Source: Octopus bimaculoides
Taxonomy: Eukaryota
DNA: 55,046 nt
Direction of reading: 5' to 3'
Assembly (NCBI RefSeq): GCF_001194135.2
Contig: NC_069000.1
Location: 27,861,500 to 27,916,545, forward strand
Part shown: positions 1 through 10,633 of the stretch, in pieces
How positions within the stretch are numbered: the first letter of the stretch is position 1
Layout of the letters: every line of letters starts with the position of its first letter
Notes under the pieces: generated by a model
What the model saw: only the letters and a program-made list of their open reading frames with translations
Database searches by the model: none
Told to the model about the DNA's origin: nothing
Translations under genes and position numbers: made by a program

Positions 1-138
1 CATTTCATTTCTTTCATTTTTCTTTGTGTGTGTTTGCGCTACATCTTGTGGGTGGTTTTCAGTGGCCATCCTGCTTCAGGCGTTCCAACAGAATTTTATT
101 TTATATTATTGTGCGTTCCGCACTGGCAAGGGAGCCCT

Positions 139-455
139 GTAGTAATGCTGTACGGATGCGTAGTCTCACGCATGCGTGGAATTCAACAACCAAGCTTTCC
201 TGCTTCATTCTGTCTCTTTCTTGCTGGCCAGCGATTGAGCAAGGACGTGTTTAGCTGTCTCTCTCCATCTTTCGAACTTACGCTAGACAGCTCACTCACA
301 TCTACATACCAACGTCCCAACAACCATGCTCACACACACAGAAGATGTCTCAACAAACAAGAGCTAAAGATGTATATATTAACCACCTTAAAATAAATGC
401 TGTTTGTGTTGATAGCCTGGAGTTCAGCGTTCCGTATAATTCTTAATCTTATATA
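139..455 (+). mobile_element. Possible LTR or LTR-like segment
   Basis: Starts TGTAGT after a short purine-rich stretch (AAGGGAG) and has AATAAA near 393. No second LTR, no TSD and no clean CA end were found. Confidence 0.25.
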
Positions 456-497
456 GGAAAGTCAGGTATACATCTAATGATGTATAACCCACTTTCC

Positions 498-682
498 TAT
501 AAGAGTATGAAGATAGGGAAAGCCCCCGGCCCATCAGGAATCACTGCAGAGATGCTCAAAATATCTGGCAGTGTCAACTATAGCCTAGTCACCCGTATAG
601 TTAACCAGGTGATACACGAAGGAGTCATACCCAATGACTGGTGTAGCAGCACCATAGTCAACTGCTACAAAGGTAAAGGTGA
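498..682 (+). mobile_element. RTE-clade LINE fragment (RT N-terminal part)
   Basis: KSMKIGKAPGPSGITAEMLKISGSV...VIPNDWCSSTIVNCYKGKG, nearly identical to the RTE copies near 18600-18800 and 26620-26800. Confidence 0.9.
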
Positions 683-724
683 AAGCCGGGATTGAAATTT
701 GCGGGGCATTTTGGGGGGAAGGTG

Positions 725-937
725 GGTACTACTAAAGCAGCGCGGACCCGTCCGCGCTTGCTAGTCTTGAGTGGTCGATCCTAACCCTAACCCTGTCCCT
801 AACCCTATCCCTAACCCTATCCCGCGTGTGCAAATGAATACGTGTTTAGGGTTAGGGTTAGGAATAGGGTTAGGGTTAGGATCGACCACTCATGACTAGC
901 TAGCGCGGACGCGCGACTGCACTGCTTTAGTAGTACC
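725..937. mobile_element. Palindromic MITE A (Merlin-like) with telomere-repeat core
   Basis: Perfect 16-bp TIR GGTACTACTAAAGCAG (725-740 / 922-937). Inner 35-bp inverted pair 760-794 / 866-900 with 1 mismatch. 9-bp TSD GGGAAGGTG at 716-724 and, after removing MITE B, 1576-1584. Core has TAACCC repeats on the left and GGGTTA repeats on the right. Confidence 0.85.
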
Positions 938-940
938 GGG

Positions 941-1570
941 GGATCTATTTTAAAACGGGGGCCACATTTTTCATTAATGTTTTACGTAGTGTTTTTGGTA
1001 TGGAAAGACTTTCANNNNNNNNNNNNNNNNNNNNNNNNNNNNNNNNNNNNNNNNNNNNNNNNNNNNNNNNNNNNNNNNNNNNNNNNNNNNNNNNNNNNNN
1101 NNNNNNNNNNNNNNNNNNNNNNNNNNNNNNNNNNNNNNNNNNNNNNNNNNNNNNNNNNNNNNNNNNNNNNNNNNNNNNNNNNNNNNNNNNNNNNNNNNNN
1201 NNNNNNNNNNNNNNNNNNNNNNNNNNNNNNNNNNNNNNNNNNNNNNNNNNNNNNNNNNNNNNNNNNNNNNNNNNNTTATTTGCTTTTTTCATTTTAAATT
1301 TGCTTTAACCCTAACCGTACGGTTAGGGTTAATTGTTTCAGAATCGTTTGTTTATGTAGTCGGCACTTAATGTATATCGGCTGAATGGACGTCAGTGATT
1401 GGTTGAAATTACAGAAATACGACAACTTTAACATGGAATAACTTATGGATTTCTTTTTTTTTAAAGAAGACTAAGAAAAAAAGATGTTTTATATGACACA
1501 TTCTACCAGTGTTCCAAGTTTCAAAGTGTTTCGTTAATGAAAAATGTGGCCCCCGTTTTAAAAAAGATCC
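941..1570. mobile_element. MITE B (Merlin-like), copy 1, inserted at the right end of MITE A
   Basis: 37-bp TIR GGATCTATTTTAAAACGGGGGCCACATTTTTCATTAA (941-977 / 1534-1570, 1 mismatch). 8-bp TSD GTACCGGG (933-940 / 1571-1578). Internal palindrome TTAACCCTAACCGTACGGTTAGGGTTAA at 1305-1332. N gap at 1015-1275. Confidence 0.9.
1015..1275. other. Assembly gap; others at 3169-3460, 6644-7323, 18195-18477, 41810-41819, 47000-47610 and 50774-51342
   Basis: Runs of N. Confidence 0.99.
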
Positions 1571-1766
1571 GTACCGGGAAGGTGGGGGTCTTTTGCGCAA
1601 AATCCGAATCTCCGTTATCGAATGCAAGATGAAGAAAAAAAGAATGTATGTTCAACACCTCAGAAATTTGGCTGTTATTTCTAGTATCCAGGTCCATTTC
1701 ATGTGCTGTTGGATACATCTACACATGCGCAAAAGTTCCAAAACAATCGGAGAACTGGCGTGGCTG

Positions 1767-1899
1767 AAGGCGGCGAGCTAGCAGAAACATTAGCACGCTG
1801 GGCAAAATGCTTAGCGGACTTTGCCTTTCATACTTTAGGAGTCGATAAAATAAGTACCAGTTGAGCACTGTAGTCGATGCAATCGACTTCTCCCTCCCA
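1767..1899 (+). mobile_element. tRNA-derived SINE family 1, internally deleted copy
   Basis: AAGGCGGCGAGCTAGCAGAAACATTAGCACGC head and GCCTTTCATACTTTAGGAGTCGATAAAATAAGTACCAG core, shared with 14680-14889. Confidence 0.75.
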
Positions 1900-2697
1900 T
1901 GATATTGCTGGACATGTGTCAAAATACCAAACCAATATTGGTGTGGATTTATGCAGGTGGGGTGAAATTTTATTTTAAAAAATTGAAATTTGAGAAATGT
2001 TTTTCTTTTTTTAGAATCATAATCCCCGTGTTTTTCTACATGAAATCCAAAATCAAATTTTCTGAAAAAAATTGGGGGATTTTTAGTATAATTGGAATCT
2101 CCGTTGTTGAAACGTCAGCATCCGTAGAAATGTGTTTTTTTTTTAATTTATTATTAATAAAGGGAAGTATGCGTAAGCTACATCACCTGTTTAACTTAAT
2201 GTTTTACTGCAAATTTTAGAAAATTATATAAGAGTACCCATGAATAATAAAGTTTAGGAACTGCTGCCTAAAGTTACAAACCACCTATTAATTTATTTAT
2301 ATGAGAGAGAGCTAACGGGAATGACAGGTGAACTAGTAAGGTGGCTTCTTCGTATTAGTTCGACCTGGTATAAATAGCAGCCACATTTCTTTCAAATGAC
2401 ACCCGACTGTATTTTAAAAAAGGGCAATTGAACAATATAGTCCTAATTACATTATGTCTGAAAAAAGAGGTTCCTGCAACATGGTAGGAACCCCTTTGCA
2501 CATAGCTTTCATTGACCAGATTTAATCAGAGGTTAACTAAAAACAACTAGAATGACAGACACAATCTAAGCAAGTAGACAGTGAAAAACATACCCAGATC
2601 GACGAATTAAACTTATAAGATAGAAACATGCTCACCGGCGCAAGCTGCAGGTATCAAAACAAGAGATTTCGATAAAACGAATTGTATATACTCATAC

Positions 2698-2871
2698 CTT
2701 TTCGATAATTCTTCGAATTCCTTCGGTCGGGGCATCCTTATAGTTGGCAGGATCGACCGAGAGAAGCTTGAGAACGGATACGGAGCCATTTGGTGTTCGG
2801 GCGAAGACATCGGTGAAGGTACCACCACGGTCAATTGCAAACTGAAACTTACCGGAGCCTTTACTTTGCAT
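2698..2871 (-). CDS. OPLAH: 5-oxoprolinase (ATP-hydrolysing), first coding exon; gene continues beyond the left edge of the window
   Basis: Manual translation gives [58 protein letters not shown] (58 codons, 174 nt). It contains the hydantoinase A/oxoprolinase N-terminal signature [11 protein letters not shown]...[21 protein letters not shown] and ends at a phase-0 donor AAG|GTATGA (GT at 2697-2696). Confidence 0.95.
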
Positions 2872-3129
2872 TCTGTTTCAAAGGTGACTTTCCTGTATTT
2901 GTATTTATGCCGAAGACGTAGTTTATGCCTGGTCAGCAAACAATACAGTGCAACTTTTAAGCAGTTGTGAATGAATTGACATTGAGCCACATGACAACGA
3001 CAAAAATTAGAGATAGAGGGAGGAGTTATTGAAATACGGAAGGCTGTAAGTGACAAAATAAAAGTGTACACAAACTTAAGTTTTACATTCTCTCTTTCAC
3101 AGCAGTAAATAAATAAAATATGAAGCGAG

Positions 3130-3130
<1 letters not shown>

Positions 3131-3168
<38 letters not shown>
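3131..3168. repeat. (ATCT)n microsatellite abutting an assembly gap
   Basis: Direct reading of the sequence. Confidence 0.95.
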
Positions 3169-3460
3169 NNNNNNNNNNNNNNNNNNNNNNNNNNNNNNNN
3201 NNNNNNNNNNNNNNNNNNNNNNNNNNNNNNNNNNNNNNNNNNNNNNNNNNNNNNNNNNNNNNNNNNNNNNNNNNNNNNNNNNNNNNNNNNNNNNNNNNNN
3301 NNNNNNNNNNNNNNNNNNNNNNNNNNNNNNNNNNNNNNNNNNNNNNNNNNNNNNNNNNNNNNNNNNNNNNNNNNNNNNNNNNNNNNNNNNNNNNNNNNNN
3401 NNNNNNNNNNNNNNNNNNNNNNNNNNNNNNNNNNNNNNNNNNNNNNNNNNNNNNNNNNNN

Positions 3461-4660
3461 ATTCAAGTAGTGGGTTCTTGTTGAGTGAGTTGTATCCAGG
3501 TATGGGTGGCTTATCTGGTATTCCTTGAAGAAATTTGTCCAGACTCCGTTTAAAGGTGATGGGACCCTTTTCCTCTTTGATCAGTTTTGGAACAATGTTA
3601 AACAGGGCAGGGCCTGTTGGGGAAAAGAAATTATGCCGCAATGTACCTATATGTTGTGATCCTGAATTGGGCAGGAGACGTATAGCCCATGGTCCCAGCC
3701 TTGGATGAACCTTGAAGCTAATGTTCAGGTCGTTTGGTCAATGCTGGCGGTATATTCTCCACTTCGTGCAAATGATGTACTGCTTGTGGCGGCGCTGGAG
3801 AGAGTAGAGTTTCAAGGCTTTAAGGTGGTCCCAGTAATCGAGATCAGTTATGCCCTTGATTTGTTTAGTGAGTACCCTCTGGGGTGATTCAACTTTCAAG
3901 ATGTGTTGTTTTGTATGGGGAGACCACAGGGGGCAGCAGTATTCGAGGTGTGGCCGTACAAAGTAGGAGAAAAGCGGAATGATGACACCTTGTTCTCTGG
4001 ACCGGAAGGTTCTTAAGATCCAGGAGCTCATCCTACGAGCTATATCGACCTTATTACTGATGTGAGCACTCCAACTGAGATTGTTATCAGCAATTACTCC
4101 TAGGTCTCTGATATTATTAGATGCTGTGAGCGGTTCCCCTGAAGGAAGAGAGTATGGCTGTTTTAGTAGTCTTTCTTCCAAAAGACATCAGCTCAAATTT
4201 TTCCTCGTTTAGTTTGCATTTTGTTTTTGTCTGCCCATTGACTCACAGCATATAGATCAGACTGGAGTTGAGTTCGGTCTTCTTCTTCATTGATGATTTG
4301 CTGGAGCTTAATGTTATCAGCAAATATTTTCACTTTGCAGTGATTTACAATGCTAGAAAGGTCATTTATGTAGATTATAAAGAGGAGCAGGCCCCTGAGG
4401 AACACCACTGGTGACTTTTGCTGGGCTTGAGTGGACTCCATAGAACACAACATGTGTTCTATTCACCAGTGAAGAAGTTTTCCACGGATTCCAACATTTG
4501 CCAATTTTGAGAGTAAGATATTATGGTCAACCCTGTCGAACACTTTACTGGAGTCAAGATATATGACATCAGAGTTCGAACCTGTTCCCAAGGCTTCAAA
4601 TATGACCTCAATGTGGTGTAAGAGCTGTGTTCTCACATAGGCAGAGAAACAACTGCTAAG
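3461..4660 (-). mobile_element. Degenerate CR1/L2-group LINE, RT and C-terminal region
   Basis: Frameshifted ORFs carry LLFIIYINDL...KIFADNIKL (decayed YADD motif), IRDLGVIADNNLSW, FVRPHLEYCCPLWSP and LKLYSLQRR. Confidence 0.88.
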
Positions 4661-4679
4661 CTATGAACCCAAATTCATT

Positions 4680-5960
4680 CTAACACAACAACTCAATGAC
4701 AAATTGAAACTGGAGATAGAGATCAACTTCTGTCACACAGCTTACCGACTAAAATGGATTACGGCCCTTAACACCCCCACCACCACCACCACCACATCAT
4801 CTTTGTCTTCATTGTCATTGCTGCCAATATCTTTACTGCCGACATCATCGCCGATATTACTCTCACCATCATACATCATCTTCTCCATTACCATCCATAC
4901 TGTCTTCATCAACGTCATCGTCATCTACCTCCTATCTCCTCCTCCCCCTCCCCTACATCTTCACTGCCTTCATCCTCATCGTCATCTCTTTCTTCTTCTT
5001 CTACCTCCTCCTCTGCTACACTTAGATTCCCTGTCTACCACCTCGATCACCCACTCCACCCTCCCCCTCACAACCCCAAACTAGCTCGACTCAAACAATC
5101 CATACTTAACATATTAGATAAACGCCCTTCCCCATCATGCAACCTTACTAAATCCCAATTCCTGACCTTGCAAAACTTAAGAAACAAAAACCTCATCTAC
5201 TTACCTTCAGACAAAGGGAAAAAATTCTACCATTTAATAAAAACCCACAAACCTGGACCTAAGCTTAAAATCAGACCCATAGTATCAGGAATTAACAGTC
5301 CTTTCTAAAAGATTTCTTGGCTCCTCTCTAAGCTCCTAGTCCTTACTATATATATTCCCCGGACATGTCAGCGGTTCTCACGAAATCTTCACAAGACTCA
5401 AAGATATCGACCCCTCTATACTTAAAACTAACAAAAAGTTTAGATGTAGTTTCCCTCTACACCTCTGTACCCACTCTCCCAGCCATTGATATCCTCATAG
5501 ACCACATCACGTATAAACAACAACTGCAGCAATGTAACCGACAAGGCTGTCAACACCAAGCAGTTCCTCAGAGACCAAACCCTGAATGGCTAGCCCTTCC
5601 CTGAGAAAAGCTCTGTCCAAGAACAACACCTCTGACTATTCCAAGGAGTGCACATTACCAAGCGACCTGGAATTGTACCAGAGGACCTATGTTGTATATG
5701 AGATCATCTGTGGCAAATGTAGTGCATCCTGCATAGGAAGCACAACAAGAAAACTGCATATATGCATTAAGGAACACATGCAGGCAGACACTTCCACGAA
5801 GAAACACCTATGGAAATGACAGACCCGGGAATTCACAGTGCGGAACAAGAGCAACCTAAGAATCTCTGAGGCCATCCTCATACGCCAAAAGAAACCTAAG
5901 ATCAACAACAGAAGAGAGTTACAGGAAGCTTGCTGGTTGCTATAGCAACACCTTTCCGTG
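4680..5960 (+). mobile_element. Penelope-like element, internally deleted (RT and GIY-YIG remnants)
   Basis: RT motifs KIRPIVSGINSP and SLDVVSLYTSVP. GIY-YIG motifs VVYEIICGKCSASCIGSTTRKLHICIKEH and ISEAILIRQKKPKINN. Low-complexity tract at about 4780-5090. Confidence 0.8.
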
Positions 5961-6282
5961 CGTGTCAACTCCACACACCCTCATTGGCAACATTTGTTTA
6001 TTTTCTTGAAAATGGGATCATAACCCTGAAATCTGAATACAAGGTAAGTCTGCATTAATTCATATATTTGTTTTCTTGTGATTTACCTTGCATTGTTTTG
6101 GCCTTACCCACAATCCTTTATACAATATATTCTACACAATGTTTCATAGTAATTATTCCATTATAATATATATATATATATATAGATGTGTATATTTTTC
6201 CCTTGTTTACAATTAACATTATATACCATATATAACTCTATATACCAGTGTAAAATTACTTCAGGTACCGATGTATTCTATA

Positions 6283-7659
6283 TCTATATATATATAAAAA
6301 TGAGAATTTGTGTCTGCCTGTCTGTCTGTGTGTGTGTGTGTGCTTCCCTAAAACTCGAGAACTACACAACCAATTTCATTCAAATTTTACACATGCCTTA
6401 CTTAGGGTCCCGGTTGTGTTTTAGTAAAAAAAAATTTTACTTCTTGCATACTTCCAGCCCACAGCAACATCATATCTCCTCCACTATTTAAGTATTACAT
6501 GTCAAAAGTGAAACAAAAACACTCATGTCATTTGAATCGGAATCTCAAAAACATTGTTATTATTAAATTTATGCATTTCTAATCAATTTGGAGATATTTG
6601 CTATTGAGTTGCAGATTTTTAACAATGCATTTGGTGATTATTTNNNNNNNNNNNNNNNNNNNNNNNNNNNNNNNNNNNNNNNNNNNNNNNNNNNNNNNNN
6701 NNNNNNNNNNNNNNNNNNNNNNNNNNNNNNNNNNNNNNNNNNNNNNNNNNNNNNNNNNNNNNNNNNNNNNNNNNNNNNNNNNNNNNNNNNNNNNNNNNNN
6801 NNNNNNNNNNNNNNNNNNNNNNNNNNNNNNNNNNNNNNNNNNNNNNNNNNNNNNNNNNNNNNNNNNNNNNNNNNNNNNNNNNNNNNNNNNNNNNNNNNNN
6901 NNNNNNNNNNNNNNNNNNNNNNNNNNNNNNNNNNNNNNNNNNNNNNNNNNNNNNNNNNNNNNNNNNNNNNNNNNNNNNNNNNNNNNNNNNNNNNNNNNNN
7001 NNNNNNNNNNNNNNNNNNNNNNNNNNNNNNNNNNNNNNNNNNNNNNNNNNNNNNNNNNNNNNNNNNNNNNNNNNNNNNNNNNNNNNNNNNNNNNNNNNNN
7101 NNNNNNNNNNNNNNNNNNNNNNNNNNNNNNNNNNNNNNNNNNNNNNNNNNNNNNNNNNNNNNNNNNNNNNNNNNNNNNNNNNNNNNNNNNNNNNNNNNNN
7201 NNNNNNNNNNNNNNNNNNNNNNNNNNNNNNNNNNNNNNNNNNNNNNNNNNNNNNNNNNNNNNNNNNNNNNNNNNNNNNNNNNNNNNNNNNNNNNNNNNNN
7301 NNNNNNNNNNNNNNNNNNNNNNNTCACATGCACAATTGTACGTTGGCTGTCCCCATGGTCTTTCTATTTGTGCACCTGAGGGAAGGACGAAGAATGTTGT
7401 CTACCAAGAGGCACTCCAATGATAACAACGGCTACTTCAACTGCTCCAATTTCAACTCTGCAATTTTTTCATCGTCCTGCCAGCCCACGTAAGTCCAGTC
7501 TTGTTTTGCACTCCTTACTAACTCACCATGACATTCTTTTTTTTCTACCAAGATCCGTCGCCCAAACACTACTTCGTATCCACTTCTTCCTCTTTTTTAT
7601 GTCTTCGTTTCTCTCTTCGCGTCGTTCTCTGGCCGGGTGAAACCGGGCTTAGCTGCTAG
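6283..7659 (+). mobile_element. Non-autonomous Helitron with both termini; middle lies in an N gap
   Basis: A|TC 5' end followed by a (GTCT)n/(GT)n microsatellite. RepHel helicase C-terminus SHAQLYVGC...APEGRTKNVVYQEALQ at 7324-7422. Subterminal hairpin GCCGGGTGAAACCGGGC at 7632-7648, then CTAG|T at 7656-7660. Confidence 0.82.
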
Positions 7660-8464
7660 TTTTTTATATAGGTAGTTCTTCAGAATTATCTAAAAGAATT
7701 TCTAATCATTACTCTACATTTAGGGATAATAATAAATGTAACAGTACAGGGCTTAGTAAATTAATTTATTATCTAAAAGACCATAATAAACAATTTGATT
7801 TAGATTGGTTGATTCTCTCCATTTCATTCCCATATGATAAAGACAAATAATTTTGTCAACTCTGTAATTGTGAACTATTTTTTATTCTTTTTTCTAAGAA
7901 TCCCCTTGTAAACATGGTTATAGAGTGTGCTTATCGATGTAAACATTGGCAGAAACATACCTTTAGTTCATATAAGTGATATCTACCATTATATATAATT
8001 TGAACATTGATTTTCTTCTTATATTTCACTTCCACTAGATATATCTTTTTCCAAGACTTTAGGCTTTTATTTAATTCACATATCATTCTATATTTCTCAT
8101 TTATTTGGTCTCTGCTTTTTTCTTTCCTTTACTCCTCCTCTTTCTATAGGGTACCTTTGACGTTATAACCTCTAACGTTTTTTAAAAAAAACTTAATAAG
8201 TGTTCTGTTCATCATTATACATATCAATCATATTCAGTTAAAATGTCTAATTGATGAGTTTGTTTTATTTCTTTATCTCCCTGAAGAGAAGATTACATTG
8301 TTTTACACCATTTTATTCCTTTGGAATAATACCAATGTTGTCTTTGAAACATGTGTCGGAAATAAAAGAATTTGAATAACACCTGCGTTTAACTCCATTT
8401 ATTTATATTCATATATATATGATGGATGTATACATATATATACAGGTGTATATATATATATATG

Positions 8465-8512
<48 letters not shown>

Positions 8513-8514
<2 letters not shown>

Positions 8515-8670
8515 AGGCTTCTTTTAGTTTCTGTCTACCAAATCCACTTACAAGGCTATGGTTGGCCCGAGGCTATAGTAAAAGACATTTGCTCAAGGTG
8601 TCATGCACTGAACTTAGAACCATGTGGTTAGGAAGCAAGCTTCTTACCATACAGCCACAACTGTGCCTAT
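8513..8670 (-). mobile_element. tRNA-derived SINE family 2 (CORE-like, octopus OR-type)
   Basis: Reverse complement of GGCACAG..GTGGCTGTGTGGTAAGAAGCTTGCTT...CCTTGGGCAAGTGTCTTCTACTATAGCC...GGATTTGGTAG, with an (AC)n tail. Confidence 0.85.
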
Positions 8671-9701
8671 ATTGATGTTTTTGAATATTTTTTTCCCCAT
8701 AAACACATTTTATGGAATGGTCCATTGTTGGGATTTAAGTAACAAAAAAGAATTTGTAATTTAAATGTTTAATCTCTCATCCTGCACCAAATGTGTGTGT
8801 GTGTGTTTAAGAAAATATTTACTAACAGAAAAATATATTATTATAAACAGAATGAAAGCAATGCATGAGAGATAATAGAGAGAGAATAGAGATAAAGACA
8901 GAGAGAGAGAGAGAGTGTGTGTGTGTGTGTGGTAAATAATAGAGAGAGAAAAGTAAAATATTTTTCTCATAAACAAATACTCTCTATACATTTGCCACAT
9001 TCTCTCACTCTCTATAAACATATATAGCTCACATTGTATGTGTGTGTGTTTAAAGAATTTCATTAGGGTGACGCTGATTTAAAAAAGGTATGGAAAAGAT
9101 AATTCATTTTAATAGCATACTTTTGTTAATAAATGCTTTTTTCTTACACATACACACTTAGTGCAGGCTGGAGGATTAAAAATTTAGCATGCCTAGCATA
9201 ATGCTCAATGGTATTTCGTCAGGATTTGTACTTGATAGCTGTGATAAAATGAAAGAAAACATGGTAAACAAGGTTTTAAACAGAATTGATCACCGAGGGA
9301 GCAATGTTTTGTCATTTGAACCCAGCTGGTTGTTTGTTAATTTCCGTAAAAATTGTTTATTTATTTACTTTTGTTTTCATGATCTGTGGAAGGCAACATT
9401 TGCTTTGAAATGAGAGCAGAAAGTGAAAGATGTATGCACATGTATATGAAATAGAAGTGTGTGTGTGAGGGAGAGACAGAGAGAGAGAGAGTGAGTGCCA
9501 CTTAGACATACATGCAAAAATATATGTGTGAGAGATACATACATCATTTTTGTAAGTATGTGTGCATGTGTGTGTCATACATGCAAAAAAATACATACAT
9601 CAGAACACACACCTTCACTCACTCTCTCTCTCTCTCTCTCTCACACACATACCTACAAAAAAGATGTATGCATATGTATTTATGTATGTGTATATGAAAG
9701 A

Positions 9702-9738
<37 letters not shown>

Positions 9739-10000
9739 GGAACAGAGCAAGTGAGTGCCACTTAAACATACATACAAAAAAAAATACGACAACACACACC
9801 TTCAATCAATCAATCTGTCTCTCTCTCTCTCTCTCGCACACATACACACACACACATGCACATTTGGTGTGGGGTGGAGGATTAAAAATTTAAATTACAA
9901 ATTTTATATTTTTCTGCTGCTTAAATCCCAGCAATGGACCGCCACATCATCATTCCATAAAATGTGTTTATGGGGAGAAAAATATTTAAAAACAACAGTA
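8671..10000. repeat. Foldback element with inverted arms of about 125-140 bp around a microsatellite-rich core
   Basis: 8671-8795 is an imperfect reverse complement of 9859-10000 (CCCCATAAACACATTTTATGGAATG / CATTCCATAAAATGTGTTTATGGGG). A third copy of the arm lies at 51574-51712. Confidence 0.75.
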
Positions 10001-10165
10001 TAGGCACAGGTGTGGCTATGTGGTAAGAAGCTTGCTTCTCAACCACATGGTTTCAGGTTCAGTCCCAGTGCATGGCACCTTGAACAAGTGTCTTCTACTA
10101 TAGCTTCAGGCCGACCATAGTCTTGTGAGTGGATTTGGTAGATGGACACTGAAAGAAGCCCATCA
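10001..10165 (+). mobile_element. tRNA-derived SINE family 2
   Basis: Same family as 8513-8670 and 45651-45815, followed by (TA)n. Confidence 0.88.
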
Positions 10166-10166
10166 T

Positions 10167-10168
<2 letters not shown>

Positions 10169-10230
<62 letters not shown>
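10169..10230. repeat. (TA)n microsatellite (SINE tail); similar tracts at 21262-21296, 45817-45852 and 47611-47657
   Basis: Direct reading of the sequence. Confidence 0.95.
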
Positions 10231-10633
10231 CAGTGACAACTCCAGCACTCGTATAAATTTAGTAAAATGAACAGGCATGTATTTGCAAGCTGATTTAATT
10301 TCTGCCAACACTGACTTCAAGCAGGTAATTGCAGCCCATAACTCAGGCTCCTTTTATTGAACCTGGTTGCAGTTCATTTATTTTTGTTCGGTGTCTGGCA
10401 GTCATCTTAGAGGTGCCCTGTGTCAAAAAATATCTTTTGTAGCAGAAGTTCTCTCGACATTGTTCACATGCATCTGACCTGGGCTCAAAAGTTACAGCCT
10501 GAGTTGTTAGCTATAATCATAAAAATTAAAAGTAATTCAAATTCAATGTTTTCTTCAAAGAATAAATTTCTATAGAGATTAGGATTTAAATTCCAATCTA
10601 TGTAAAAGCTCCTGAGCGTGATTGTTGTCAGAA

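Noticed and set aside
781-880. Interstitial telomeric repeats as a relic of chromosome fusion
   Set aside because: The polarity (CCCTAA...TTAGGG) is opposite to an end-to-end fusion (TTAGGG...CCCTAA), and the repeats sit inside a TIR/TSD-bounded element.
2613-3071. 152-aa minus-strand ORF from the track
   Set aside because: It overlaps the OPLAH exon in a different frame and has no recognisable motif.
4704-5084. Thr/Ser/Pro/His-rich 126-aa ORF
   Set aside because: A low-complexity CCT/CAT/CAC simple-repeat tract within a Penelope remnant, with no splice signals.
6588-7422. Long X-filled ORFs (also near 945-1308, 3120-3641, 46652-47721 and 50650-51530)
   Set aside because: Artefacts of translating through N gaps. 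Only the sequenced ends are informative.
8281-8390. Penelope-like terminal repeat (CCCTGAAGAG...GAAACATGT...AATAAAAG)
   Set aside because: The resemblance is only to a short generic motif, with no linked coding remnant. Too weak to call.
10001-10080. tRNA gene
   Set aside because: A/B-box-like sequence is the head of a multicopy SINE. A complete cloverleaf cannot be drawn.
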